Positions 10,129-20,268 of a DNA stretch of 64,000 nt are shown piece by piece. Numbering within the stretch: the first letter of the stretch is position 1; each line of letters starts with the position of its first letter. Position numbers and translations under genes: made by a program. The stretch comes from Thermoproteota archaeon (GTDB taxonomy: Archaea > Thermoproteota > Thermoprotei_A > EX4484-217-1 > JAPDJV01). The notes under the pieces were generated by a model, which saw nothing but the letters and a program-made list of their open reading frames with translations, was not told where the DNA came from and made no database searches. The stretch covers positions 22,895 to 86,894 of the forward strand of contig JAPDJV010000003.1 in assembly GCA_029258925.1 (NCBI GenBank). Reading direction: 5' to 3'.

Positions 10129-11112
10129 TTACTTCCCTGATACAAGCCAGCATGCGGCAAAGTGTTCTCCGCTTATTCTCTCGAGCGCCGGCTCCTCCTT
10201 CTTGCATACTTCCATAGCGTATGGGCATCTTGGGTGGAACCTACATCCTTTAGGCAAGTTTATTGGGCTCGGAGGCTCCCCCCTCAATATTATTCTCTCT
10301 CTTTTCCTAGTTATGATGGGGTCCGGTATTGGTATCGATGATAGAAGCGCCTTAGTGTATGGGTGAAGGGGTTCTTCAAATAACTCGTCTGCCGGTCCAA
10401 GCTCAACTATTTTACCCAAATACATGACGGCTATTCTATGACTCATATACTTGACTACTCCCAGGTCGTGGGTTATGAACATGTATGTAAGCCTCTCTTC
10501 TTCCTGGAATTTTTTGAGCATGTTAAGTATTTGGGCTTGAACAGAAACGTCTAGAGCCGATGTTGGTTCATCTAATACCATGAACTCCGGCTTCAGCGAC
10601 AACGCTCTGGCAATGGCTATTCTCTGCCTCTGTCCACCGCTGAACTCGTGGGGATACCTGTATAAGTGGTCTCTTCTCAACCCAACTCTTTCAAGAAGGT
10701 CGACTACGTAGTCCTCAATAGAGCCAACATTCATCTTGTGGGTTTCGATGGGTTCCTTTAATATTTCTAGAACAGTCATCCTGGGATTTAGGGAGGAATA
10801 GGGATCCTGGAAGACTATTTGTGCTCTTCTCCTAAACTCTAGAAGTCTTTTACCATTCAAAGTGTTTACGTCTATGCCATCGAACATTATTTTTCCCGAA
10901 TCTGGTTTCAGAAGCTTAAGAACTAGTCTTCCAAGGGTTGTCTTGCCGCACCCGCTCTCCCCAACTATGCCTAGAGTCTCCCCTCTCCTAATGTTAAACG
11001 TTACTCCATCAACTGCCCTAACGTGTCCTACTGTGAACACGAGTTTTTTAACTGGAAACCACTTTTTCAATTCCTCTACTCTAAGTAAAATATCACCATT
11101 CCCCTTACTCAC
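10129..11112 (-). CDS. oppF: Oligopeptide ABC ATPase (OppF/DppF)
   Basis: GESGCGKT, YPHEFSGGQRQR, LDEPT, CRFHPRCP tail. Confidence 0.95.
   Translation of the reverse strand: MSKGNGDILLRVEELKKWFPVKKLVFTVGHVRAVDGVTFNIRRGETLGIVGESGCGKTTLGRLVLKLLKPDSGKIMFDGIDVNTLNGKRLLEFRRRAQIVFQDPYSSLNPRMTVLEILKEPIETHKMNVGSIEDYVVDLLERVGLRRDHLYRYPHEFSGGQRQRIAIARALSLKPEFMVLDEPTSALDVSVQAQILNMLKKFQEEERLTYMFITHDLGVVKYMSHRIAVMYLGKIVELGPADELFEEPLHPYTKALLSSIPIPDPIITRKRERIILRGEPPSPINLPKGCRFHPRCPYAMEVCKKEEPALERISGEHFAACWLVSGK
10526..10557. repeat. 32-bp exact direct repeat, copy 1 (in oppF)
   Basis: agtatttgggcttgaacagaaacgtctagagc, identical at 11518-11549. Confidence 0.9.
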
Positions 11113-11123
11113 TGTTTACACCT

Positions 11124-12104
11124 TCAACTATTTTTCTCAGCATAGAGCCAACATGCAACACTTCTTCCTCCCCTAATTTGAACTAGGGGTGGTTGCTCCC
11201 TCTTACAAATATCCATGGCTTTCGGACACCTCGGATGAAACCTGCACCCGCTTGGGACGTTTATCATGTCTGGAACACTACCCGGTATTGGCTCTATTCT
11301 CTCAATTCTCTTCAGGGGGTTCGGGACAGCTTTAAGCAATCCTATGGTGTACGGGTGTAGTGGTTCTCCGAATAGACTATATACGTCGGCTATCTCAGCT
11401 ACTCTTCCAGCATACATTACTAGTACTCTATCGCTTACCTCTGCCACTACTCCCAGATTATGTGTTATCAACATTACCGTAGTATCATATTTCTTCCTAA
11501 GATCTAGTAGTAACTTCAGTATTTGGGCTTGAACAGAAACGTCTAGAGCTGTCGTGGGCTCGTCAGCTATTATGAGCTTCGGCTTATTTGACACGGATAT
11601 TCCTATTACGACTCTTTGCTTCATGCCCCCGCTTAACTCGTGGGGATAGCTCTTGGCTCTTTTATGGGGATCCGGCATAGCTACGTCTTTAAGTATTTCA
11701 ATAACTCTTTTCCAAGCATTCTTCCAGTCAGCTGTTGCGTGAACAGTCATAGTCTCAGCTATCTGGTAGCCCGATGTGAAGAGGGGGTCTAGGCTTGAAG
11801 ATGGGTCTTGGAATATGTACGCTATGTCTTTCCCCCTGATCTTCCTCAATTCTTCCTCCGGCATTTCGAGAAGATTCTTCCCCTCGAACAGTATTCTTCC
11901 CCCAACTATTCTCCCGGGGGAAGGTATTAGGCGTGTTAGAGCTCTAGACGTCACACTCTTACCGCTACCAGTTTCCCCAACTATGCTGAAAACTTCTCCT
12001 CTCCTAACATCAAATGAGACTCCATCTACAGCTTTAACTACACCAGCATACGTGTAGAAGTATACTTTTAATTCCTCAACGTTCAGCAATGTGTTATCTG
12101 CCAT
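11124..12104 (-). CDS. oppD: Oligopeptide ABC ATPase (OppD/DppD)
   Basis: GETGSGKS, YPHELSGGMKQR, ADEPTT, CRFHPRCP tail. Confidence 0.95.
   Translation of the reverse strand: MADNTLLNVEELKVYFYTYAGVVKAVDGVSFDVRRGEVFSIVGETGSGKSVTSRALTRLIPSPGRIVGGRILFEGKNLLEMPEEELRKIRGKDIAYIFQDPSSSLDPLFTSGYQIAETMTVHATADWKNAWKRVIEILKDVAMPDPHKRAKSYPHELSGGMKQRVVIGISVSNKPKLIIADEPTTALDVSVQAQILKLLLDLRKKYDTTVMLITHNLGVVAEVSDRVLVMYAGRVAEIADVYSLFGEPLHPYTIGLLKAVPNPLKRIERIEPIPGSVPDMINVPSGCRFHPRCPKAMDICKREQPPLVQIRGGRSVACWLYAEKNS
11518..11549. repeat. 32-bp exact direct repeat, copy 2 (in oppD)
   Basis: Identical to 10526-10557; encodes ALDVSVQAQIL. Confidence 0.9.
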
Positions 12105-12107
12105 ATC

Positions 12108-13088
12108 CTACACCTTTATCTCCTTCTCAAATTCCAGTTTCCTCCTATACCTTGGATCAAGTACGTCTCTCAATCCATCCCCGAGAAGATTCCACCCCAA
12201 TACCGAGAAGAATATTGCTACACCAGGGAAGAAAGTGTACCACCATCTCTGCGGGAAGTATTTCCTTCCATCTGCAACAAGCCTACCCCACTCAGGTATC
12301 GGGGGCTGTGCTCCTAAGCCTATGAACGAGAGAGCCGCTGCAACGAGTATTACACTTCCGAAGTCAAGTGTTGCGAGGACTATTATCGGCGTTATTATGT
12401 TTGGAAGTATGTGTCTAAGCATAATCTTCCTAGTGCTAACACCTATCGCCTTAGCCGCCTCAATATACAGGTTTTCCTTAACCGAGAGAGTTTGGCCTCT
12501 TACAACTCTAACGTATCCGGGCCACCACACTAAGGATATAGCTATCATTGCAGACTCTATTCCAGCCCCCAAGACGACGCTGAAAGCTATTGCGAGAACT
12601 AGACCGGGGAACGCTAGGAAAATGTCCGTAATCCTCATTATTATTTCATCTATTACACCACCGTAGTATCCCGCAACTAAGCCTAGTATTAACCCTAGAG
12701 GCACAGCAATGACCATTACTGCTATTGCCACTTGAAGAGAAGTCCTTGCTCCAGCTAGCACTCTGCTAAACATGTCTCTGCCGAACTCGTCTGTACCGAA
12801 CAAGTGTTGTAGGCTAGGTGGCTGGAGTTTTTCCTGAATCATTGTTTCAAAGTTTATTGCACATGGATCGTAGGGTGTTATGTATGGTCCTATTATTCCC
12901 AAAATTATGAAGCTTACCGAGAGAATTGCACCTATTACCGCTAGGGGGCTTCTCTTAAATGCCTCGTACATGAGCTTCCATTCTCTAATTCTAGACTTGT
13001 TCCTCTCCTTCCAATTCCGAATAATCTCCCTAGGCTTCAAGCCCCTTAATCCCCTCACGATTCCCGACCCCCACCACATATTCACCAT
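12108..13088 (-). CDS. oppC: Oligopeptide ABC permease (OppC)
   Basis: HLFGTDEFGRD, EAAKAIG, RHILPN, PEWG. Confidence 0.93.
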   Translation of the reverse strand: MVNMWWGSGIVRGLRGLKPREIIRNWKERNKSRIREWKLMYEAFKRSPLAVIGAILSVSFIILGIIGPYITPYDPCAINFETMIQEKLQPPSLQHLFGTDEFGRDMFSRVLAGARTSLQVAIAVMVIAVPLGLILGLVAGYYGGVIDEIIMRITDIFLAFPGLVLAIAFSVVLGAGIESAMIAISLVWWPGYVRVVRGQTLSVKENLYIEAAKAIGVSTRKIMLRHILPNIITPIIVLATLDFGSVILVAAALSFIGLGAQPPIPEWGRLVADGRKYFPQRWWYTFFPGVAIFFSVLGWNLLGDGLRDVLDPRYRRKLEFEKEIKV

Positions 13089-13091
13089 AAT

Positions 13092-14096
13092 TTAGAATCT
13101 TATTCTTGGATCTATCACTGCATAGAAAATGTCTACGATGAGGTTGGTGATGATGTATATTAATGCTATTATGAGTGTCGAACCCATTATGGCTGGAAAA
13201 TCAAGGCTGTTAATCGCCTTAACAGTATACGAGCCTATCCCCGGCCATGAGAACACTGTTTCCGTTATAACTGCCCCACTTAGGAGAGCACCGAATTGTA
13301 GGCCAAATACTGTTATGACCGGTATGAGAGCATTCTTGAGTATGTGCTTGTACAGTTGCAACTTGGTTAGACCCTTCGCTATGCTGAACTCGACGAAGTC
13401 CGCTGACAAAACATCTAGAATAGCACCCCTCGTTATTCTAGCTATTACTCCAATCCCTATGAAGGAAAGAGTGAATGCTGGAAGTATTATGTGAGACAGG
13501 TTTGCCGTGAACGCATTAAAGTCTCCACATAAAATGCTATCTAGTAAATATAATCCTGTATACGAGACTTGAGGGGCAACACCTCTACCAGTAGCTGGGA
13601 GAATATTTAATGTGTAGTAGAATACCCATTGAAGCATTATTGCGAGCCAGAACACTGGCATCGAGACGCCTATGAGAGCTACAATTCTCACAATGTGATC
13701 TATAATAGTGTCTCTCTTCAAAGCAGAAACTATCCCCAGGGGAATGCCCATTATGAGGAGAAGTATAGATGAAACTAGAGCCAACTCTAGTGTTGCAGGG
13801 AAGTAGTTTGCTATGTCTTCAAACACGCTTCTCTTAGTCACAGGACTCTTACCCCAATCACCCTTCAACAAGTCATTTAAGTACAGCATGAATTGGATGT
13901 GATATGGTTCATCGAGATGATACTTCTTCCTAATGGCCTCAACCACTTCAGGCTTAGCCTTCTCCCCGCCAGCCCAAAGCCTAGCGGGGTCTGCGGGTAT
14001 CATGTGGGATATTATGAATACTAATACGAGTACCCCTAATACTGTGGGTATGAACGTTATCATCCTTCTTACGAGATAATATTTTAGTTCGGCCAC
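13092..14096 (-). CDS. oppB: Oligopeptide ABC permease (OppB)
   Basis: PADPA, YHLDEP, FPATLEL, AKGL, KNALIP, DFP. Confidence 0.93.
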   Translation of the reverse strand: MAELKYYLVRRMITFIPTVLGVLVLVFIISHMIPADPARLWAGGEKAKPEVVEAIRKKYHLDEPYHIQFMLYLNDLLKGDWGKSPVTKRSVFEDIANYFPATLELALVSSILLLIMGIPLGIVSALKRDTIIDHIVRIVALIGVSMPVFWLAIMLQWVFYYTLNILPATGRGVAPQVSYTGLYLLDSILCGDFNAFTANLSHIILPAFTLSFIGIGVIARITRGAILDVLSADFVEFSIAKGLTKLQLYKHILKNALIPVITVFGLQFGALLSGAVITETVFSWPGIGSYTVKAINSLDFPAIMGSTLIIALIYIITNLIVDIFYAVIDPRIRF

Positions 14097-14174
14097 AAAT
14101 CATCACCTTTAGAACTTAGTTGAAGAACGTGTGAAAGAAAAATTCATGAAATATTTGACTTCATTGTCTCACCA

Positions 14175-16211
14175 TTATGCTTTAAGTGGCCCAACCACTA
14201 TAGTCCAATCCTTATACGTCACTATAGTGGCGGCGTTTAGGTCGACGTATTGTCCCACTTCATCCCAAGTATTAACAAGGTATGCTACAACCTTATCGTA
14301 ATTGTACCCGCCGCACTGAAGCGGGCCAGCATAATCGTCTGGGTCAATGTAGTCTGGACCCCAGCCTATTAAGTGTATGTCGAAGTCTCCTGACATCATT
14401 TTATCGTTATACACTGGCCTCGACAATATTTGTATATCCACATGGAATCCTAGCTGGCTCCAAGCTGCTTGAAGTATCGTTGCCTCCTGCTCTATCTCAG
14501 TGTATCCCTCCGGCAGTAGTATTGTGAACGATATTTGAGATGGATCTATTCCAGCCTTATTCAGCAATTCCTGCGCCTTCGTTAGATTAAACGTGTACTT
14601 GTTTAAGTCGTCATCCTGGTAGCCGAACATTCCCTTAGGTATTACTCCGAACGCTTGGATTGCAAGGTTATTGTATGGTCCAGCTATTATCTGGTCGTAT
14701 GGAGTTGCCCATGCAAGAGCCTGCCTTACCTCAGTTATATTGAATGGGTATCTCTCACAGTTCACGACGGCAAACATTATTATGAAAGTGTCGGGAGTGT
14801 ACACTATTAGATTCCAGTTATCCAGCGTCACACCTTGGACTTCGCCCACTAGTGATGGTGGGATAACAGCGTAATCCAGGTCTCCTCTCTTCAACTCCAT
14901 TATCCTCGTGGCGTCCTCAGGTATCAGCTTTATCAATATCCTCTCTATTGTAGGCTTCTTCTCACCCCAATAATATGGGTTCGCCCTTAGCTCATAGTAC
15001 TGGTTGTGCTCCCACTTAACTAAGTAGTATGGACCTGTTCCACATGGATGTTCATACATGAAATCGTTCTCTTCGCCTGGAACAACTCCACCGTGGTCTT
15101 CGACGAAAGTCTTAGACACTATGCTAGCAGTCTTCGTTGCCAGGACTGGCAGTATAGCGGCATATGGGAACGTTAGCTTCAACTTGACGACTCCCGCAAT
15201 GTTTCCAGTGTAGTTGAAGAACGATAGTAGCTCGTCTAAGGAGGTAACGGTCGTGCTGCTTCCCTTAAACTCTGTTGGTAGTCCTTGGGACAGTATGTTT
15301 TCGAAGTCGCTTACATCCACTACCTCCGACGCGTTAACGTCTATGAAAGTGCTTATGAGCCATACGGGATCCTGGTGCATTAACACTACTCTCCTAAACG
15401 AGTACACCACGTCCTCCGCAGTCAATGGAATTGTCCTGTTATCCCACGGATCGTAGAATACCACGTCGCCCCTAATAACAAAGTACCATTCGGAAACGTC
15501 TTCTGTATGAGCCCATGCAACTGCAAGACTTGGTACAACGTACTGGGTCTCCTCTCTCTCGTATGTTACTAGAGTGTCGTAGATCTGGTGGATTATACGC
15601 CAGTCAAAGCCCCAATAGGTTACAGCTGGATCTAGAGTGTGTCCCTCTTCAGTCTCACCTATGATCAACATGTCTGGGTTAGGTGCGCTCGGATTCTTGG
15701 ATATCTCGTTTGCTTTGAAGAAGAACGATGGATGGAAGTAAATGTTTTCAAGCCACTCCCAGTAAACTCTCACAGCCTTAGTTTGTACAAGCCATATTAG
15801 GGATAGATCATAGTTTGAAACTTTCTGAATAGCCTTATAAAGTATCTCTCTTATCGTCGGATCCGTGGTGTATCTGCCCGCCATTATCATTGCATCTAGA
15901 ACTGGGTCTCTTAGGAATCCGGGGTTAATTGTCGACCATGGCACGACCTCATCTCTTGGAATCATAGTCTGATTCTCGTATGCTACAACAATGTATTTAC
16001 CGGGGACGCCTGGAGCAGTTGGAGTAGTAGGGGTCGTAGGAGTAGTGGGAGTCGTGGGAGTAATAGGGGTTGTTGGGGTAGTGGGGCTTGTAGCAGTAGG
16101 AGAAGGAACAGGTGGTACTAGGAGGAAGTATGCAGCAACAGCAGCAACCACAATTACTACAATTAATATTACGGCCATCATTTTGGAAATTGCTCTCTTA
16201 TATCCCACCAT
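14175..16211 (-). CDS. oppA: Family 5 ABC substrate-binding protein, N-terminally anchored, apparently circularly permuted
   Basis: Start moved to ATG 16211 (GGTGG RBS); KRAIS + TM + PT linker; TLDPA..IYDTL, GTGPY, GWGPDYIDP. Confidence 0.9.
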   Translation of the reverse strand: MVGYKRAISKMMAVILIVVIVVAAVAAYFLLVPPVPSPTATSPTTPTTPITPTTPTTPTTPTTPTAPGVPGKYIVVAYENQTMIPRDEVVPWSTINPGFLRDPVLDAMIMAGRYTTDPTIREILYKAIQKVSNYDLSLIWLVQTKAVRVYWEWLENIYFHPSFFFKANEISKNPSAPNPDMLIIGETEEGHTLDPAVTYWGFDWRIIHQIYDTLVTYEREETQYVVPSLAVAWAHTEDVSEWYFVIRGDVVFYDPWDNRTIPLTAEDVVYSFRRVVLMHQDPVWLISTFIDVNASEVVDVSDFENILSQGLPTEFKGSSTTVTSLDELLSFFNYTGNIAGVVKLKLTFPYAAILPVLATKTASIVSKTFVEDHGGVVPGEENDFMYEHPCGTGPYYLVKWEHNQYYELRANPYYWGEKKPTIERILIKLIPEDATRIMELKRGDLDYAVIPPSLVGEVQGVTLDNWNLIVYTPDTFIIMFAVVNCERYPFNITEVRQALAWATPYDQIIAGPYNNLAIQAFGVIPKGMFGYQDDDLNKYTFNLTKAQELLNKAGIDPSQISFTILLPEGYTEIEQEATILQAAWSQLGFHVDIQILSRPVYNDKMMSGDFDIHLIGWGPDYIDPDDYAGPLQCGGYNYDKVVAYLVNTWDEVGQYVDLNAATIVTYKDWTIVVGPLKA
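16012..16110 (-). repeat. (PTT)n low-complexity linker-coding repeat
   Basis: Encodes PSPTATSPTTPTTPITPTTPTTPTTPTTPTAP. Confidence 0.85.
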
Positions 16212-16411
16212 ACAACCACCTTTGTAGTACCACAAAAAGGGGATTTCTTAAAAGTATTTCTAACATGATAATAAATAGGAAAAATTTAAAAAATATAACC
16301 CCCTCAATATCAAGAGTTCAAATGTCTAATTAAAGGAGAAACCATATTATCTAGAGTAATTGAAAATGAAATTTAAATAAAGTATTAAATAATGTAGTTG
16401 GCTGATGTCTA

Positions 16412-17026
16412 TTGAGAATGTTTAAGATAGCAATACCATGTGTTACATTAGAATTGAGGAAAGGTATAAACGTGAAGGAAATAGTGGTAGACACTTTTTT
16501 CTGGGGTAAACTGGGTAAATGTGAGAGAAACGTTCTTCTAATCAAGAGAAATGTGACTCCATTAAAGAATGCTGGTAGAGGTGCTCTAGTCCTTCCAGAC
16601 ACTGGCTTAGAGGGGAAATTTGTTTTTAGAAGCCTAGTAAAACTATACAATCACCTCAACAAATTCATAACCGTGGAGGGCATTAGAAGGGCAGGTAGAC
16701 TCGGCAAGAAGAGGCTCATATATCTGCTGAGTTTCCCAAGTATTGTTAAACACGAGTTGAACGAGGATCCTTCTAAAGAAAGAGCTAGGAGGGAAGCTAT
16801 TTCCTGTAGAATGTTCTTGGAGGAAGTGATTGGGAAAAACTTCCTATCAGAAAAAACCACTGTAGTGGAGAAGAGAAGAGGATACCTAACTTATACTATT
16901 AGAGTTGGGGGGGACGATGTGGTTTTCTACGATGCTGAGGGAAATGTCGATAGAGTATACTCCATGTTGTGGGCGGTGGACGAAGGATTTAAGAGAGCTC
17001 TGAGCCCCATCATAAAGCCTCGATAA
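16412..17026 (+). CDS. Hypothetical protein (basic)
   Basis: 204-aa ORF with host-like codon use filling the gap; no recognised motif. Confidence 0.65.
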   Translation: MRMFKIAIPCVTLELRKGINVKEIVVDTFFWGKLGKCERNVLLIKRNVTPLKNAGRGALVLPDTGLEGKFVFRSLVKLYNHLNKFITVEGIRRAGRLGKKRLIYLLSFPSIVKHELNEDPSKERARREAISCRMFLEEVIGKNFLSEKTTVVEKRRGYLTYTIRVGGDDVVFYDAEGNVDRVYSMLWAVDEGFKRALSPIIKPR

Positions 17027-17044
17027 GAAAATCCTCACAGCACT

Positions 17045-18259
17045 TCAAGTTATATTCTTCTTAATGAAATAGGAGCCAACGAATGAAGCCCACAGGACTG
17101 TTCCAATAATAATTATGAATACTGTATTGGGGTAGAGCTCTGCACCAGGTATGCCATATATTAATGGTAGCTGGCTTATTACTGCTGCTGCAAGCCCGTT
17201 TGGACATACTACGCCTATGACATCCTTCTCCAACTTCGTTAAACTAAATATTCTGGAGAACACTATGCTAACAATCCATCTAACACATTGTATTATGATG
17301 AAAGCTGTTATTCCGTAAATAACGTACTCTAAGCCCACTTGGACAATGATGCCTAGGAACACGAAGAAGAAGGATTTTATGAGAAACGTTATTTCTTCAT
17401 GAAATTCCACGAGTTTCTCCCTATCAACCTCCAATTCCTCTTTCAACATAAGCATTTTACTTATCGAAGTAGAGTTGCCTAGAACTAAGCCGAACATTAG
17501 GGCAGCCATTATGCCGCTTCCCTCTACTCCGAATACTTCTGCGAAGACGTACGTTATGAATAGTAGTGCTATTGAGAGAATATAATCGTATTTTATCATC
17601 TTCCTGAACCTGCTTAAAATGAATATCCATGCAAATCCTGCAATAAACCCTATTAGGAAACCTGTGCTAATAGTCTTAACAATGTCCCCCACCCCCTCTA
17701 AGGGAGGGAGGGCAGGCACTGTCATGAACTTTATTATCATTATGGCTGTTACAATACACAGTGGATCACTTATAACGGATTCCAGAGTTAAAATCCTTTT
17801 AACGTTCTCTATGTCGACTCCGAGCATTTCTAGATTAGCTAGTATGGCTATGATTGATACAGTGCTAGTGCCTCCAACAATCGAGCCTAAGAGGAGACCG
17901 TGTAAGATGCTTATCCCGCCACTGCTTATCAAGTGGAGGGAGATGCCTATTAGCGTTACCGATGGGATGAACGTCATAGTGGAGAGAAGGAGGCTCTTAG
18001 GTAGCGTTCTAATGAAGCTGTAAATATCTATAGTTATACCGGCCTCAAACAATATTATTGTTAGTGCTATCGCGCTCATTATTGGAGAGAGGGATGCGAA
18101 AGTTGACTGACTGTAAACGTGTAGGCCTGGTCCCATGAGTATGCCGAAAATTAGAAGCCATATCACATCCGGTATTCTCGTCTTCTTGTAGAAATACATT
18201 CCAGTAAATCCTAAGAAGACTGTTACTGAAACGAGTCCCAGCAGGCTCAGCGGATCCAT
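17045..18259 (-). CDS. nhaP: CPA1-family cation:proton antiporter (NhaP-like)
   Basis: IPDVIWLLIFGILMGP, ILFEAG, ESVISDPL; start moved to ATG 18259 (AGGAG upstream). Confidence 0.88.
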   Translation of the reverse strand: MDPLSLLGLVSVTVFLGFTGMYFYKKTRIPDVIWLLIFGILMGPGLHVYSQSTFASLSPIMSAIALTIILFEAGITIDIYSFIRTLPKSLLLSTMTFIPSVTLIGISLHLISSGGISILHGLLLGSIVGGTSTVSIIAILANLEMLGVDIENVKRILTLESVISDPLCIVTAIMIIKFMTVPALPPLEGVGDIVKTISTGFLIGFIAGFAWIFILSRFRKMIKYDYILSIALLFITYVFAEVFGVEGSGIMAALMFGLVLGNSTSISKMLMLKEELEVDREKLVEFHEEITFLIKSFFFVFLGIIVQVGLEYVIYGITAFIIIQCVRWIVSIVFSRIFSLTKLEKDVIGVVCPNGLAAAVISQLPLIYGIPGAELYPNTVFIIIIGTVLWASFVGSYFIKKNIT

Positions 18260-18396
18260 GACCCTACAGCTCCTTAAACTCATTAATAAAATATTGAAGA
18301 AGCTAATAAAGTTAATTGGTGAAAACTTATTGGTTTTGAACAGAGTTCTTTAAACATCGATAAGTGTCTCCATGGAACCGGTGCTTCAATAAACTC

Positions 18397-18888
18397 TTAG
18401 AACCACTTCTCTAAGCCTCTCTGAATGGTTTTCTCAGGCAGCTTATCAACTAGTTGAAGCCTTATTTTCTCCAGTTCGCTTAGAACTCTCTCGACAAACA
18501 AATCTATTTCAACTGGATCAACACCCTTCTTCTTAGCAATATTCTTAACTATGTTCTCGACAATTCTGTAATTCTTATATTTCTCATTCAACTTTTTCCA
18601 AGGTATTCCCCTTAGAGCTGAAGCTATTTTCTCGTTAAATGGAAGTCTCCCCTGAAGCATCAGGATTGCTATTATGGGATAACCCACATACTTCCTATAC
18701 CTTGTTCCATTGTCATCGCTGTAAACGTTTATGCCATCAGGCTCAACCCAAACATTATATGATCTCTCACCTGTAGACGACAATACTTTAGCATACCCTC
18801 TCTCCCCCAGGTGAATCCTCTCGTCTGCTATGCTTCCAAGAGCCTCCAGAACTTTTATTCTAGGAGGATTCTTCAAGTACACTGCCAT
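18397..18888 (-). CDS. Conserved hypothetical protein
   Basis: PPRIKVLEALGSIAD..., YSDDNG, GYPIIAILM, IPWKKLN look like conserved blocks; function not recognised. Confidence 0.75.
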   Translation of the reverse strand: MAVYLKNPPRIKVLEALGSIADERIHLGERGYAKVLSSTGERSYNVWVEPDGINVYSDDNGTRYRKYVGYPIIAILMLQGRLPFNEKIASALRGIPWKKLNEKYKNYRIVENIVKNIAKKKGVDPVEIDLFVERVLSELEKIRLQLVDKLPEKTIQRGLEKWF

Positions 18889-19015
18889 TTACATCACTAC
18901 AATAGTAATCTAATGCAATTACACATTAAATGTTTTCCTCGAATCGCTGGCCCCAGTCAATATGCTTCCCGGAAACTTAAATTAACTAAAATCCCAAACT
19001 GTTACTGGGGGAATC

Positions 19016-19222
19016 TTGGAAATAAAGTGTCCTCACTGCGGGAACGTGAGCGAAGCAAAAGATTACACATTGATATACGAGAGTGTTCTCTACGCAGTAG
19101 ACTATGAAGTTGAAAGAGAGGAAAGGATTAGACCACCTATTCTCATATGTCCGAAATGCGGGAAGGATTTTTGGCTCGAATCTCCATATGAAGAATTGTG
19201 GAAGAAGATGAAGCGCGAATAA
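19016..19222 (+). CDS. Small CPxCG zinc-ribbon protein
   Basis: CPHCG...CPKCG; TTG start with GGGGG upstream. Confidence 0.8.
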   Translation: MEIKCPHCGNVSEAKDYTLIYESVLYAVDYEVEREERIRPPILICPKCGKDFWLESPYEELWKKMKRE

Positions 19223-19342
19223 TCTATTGTCAACTTCCTACCATAAAATTGGACACATTTAAATACTCAAGTCCACATATCCTCCTTAAGAGAAAGATTT
19301 TTGGACGATTTCTCTTAAATCTATACATGGTACTGTTGTAAA

Positions 19343-19870
19343 ATGCGCAATAATATTGTCAAAGAAACAGAGATGCTTCTACTCGCATCTCTAGGTGAAG
19401 CAAAACTCATTTACAGTGCAATAGATTATGGAATCAAAACCATTGAAGACCTTAGAACACTCATGCTACTGGAATGTGTTGGAGAAGACATTTCTAAGAC
19501 AATAGGATTATACATGCTCACTTGTAGAACAATGAATCATAGCGAACCAGTAATGATTCCACGGAACCACTTAGAGCCTCATGCAATAGCGGAGTACATG
19601 AATTTTAAGGGGAAAATGCTGGAAATCGGCACTAAGAATGTTGTTGGAGAAAAAGAGTTTAGGGAATTAGTGGAGTACTGTACTTTAATACAATATTCCC
19701 TACAACTACACCTAATAATTTTAAGGAGATCTGTTTGTCCAATACTCGAGGAAATAGAAGATCCCTTCACAAGCAACTTCATAAAAATACTATACGTTAA
19801 TAAAATACGTGAAGCCCAAGAAGTCCTACATAAAGTCACTAAATTACAGAGTAAGCCAGAAATCAAGTAA
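19343..19870 (+). CDS. Hypothetical protein
   Basis: 175-aa ORF in an AT-richer patch; no recognised motif. Confidence 0.55.
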   Translation: MRNNIVKETEMLLLASLGEAKLIYSAIDYGIKTIEDLRTLMLLECVGEDISKTIGLYMLTCRTMNHSEPVMIPRNHLEPHAIAEYMNFKGKMLEIGTKNVVGEKEFRELVEYCTLIQYSLQLHLIILRRSVCPILEEIEDPFTSNFIKILYVNKIREAQEVLHKVTKLQSKPEIK

Positions 19871-20181
19871 TACATGAATCACTTGTACAAACTTACATAC
19901 AACTAAATTTCCATCATATAGAGCAGACTTGTGACAATTGTAAGTCAGATAACATGTACGTAGTTTTTGTAGGGGAGCTACGGAAACGAAGAGACTTCTA
20001 AAGCTAAGAATTATTGTCTCTTACGTCAACTTGCTACAATCCCCATTATTGAAGCCAAATATTCGAGCTCCCACCTATAACCAGCAACAGTTCTCCAGCA
20101 ACATGATGAACACTATCCAAGAATCTTCTCTTAACTATGTGGCGAGCTCTGAAACCAAGATTTTCCCTGAAATCCCACTAA

Positions 20182-20240
20182 GTGTCATAGCCATCCTTTC
20201 TCATCATCTCGAGCTCAGACGTGCGTAACTTAATCATCCA
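20182..20240 (-). ncRNA. Box C/D 2'-O-methylation guide sRNA, double guide, predicted 23S rRNA target
   Basis: Minus strand: C ATGATTA (20237-20231), 12-nt guide AGTTACGCACGT, D' CTGA, C' ATGATGA, 12-nt guide GAAAGGATGGCT, D ATGA (20188-20185); 53-nt core; both guides complementary to recalled archaeal 23S H43/H44 consensus. Confidence 0.8.
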
Positions 20241-20260
20241 ATAACTATTTTTCCCGGAAA

Positions 20261-20268
20261 ATATTAAA
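20261..20268 (-). promoter_or_regulatory. Putative TATA box of the C/D sRNA
   Basis: TTTAATAT on minus strand, about 21-28 nt upstream of the sRNA 5' end. Confidence 0.45.
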
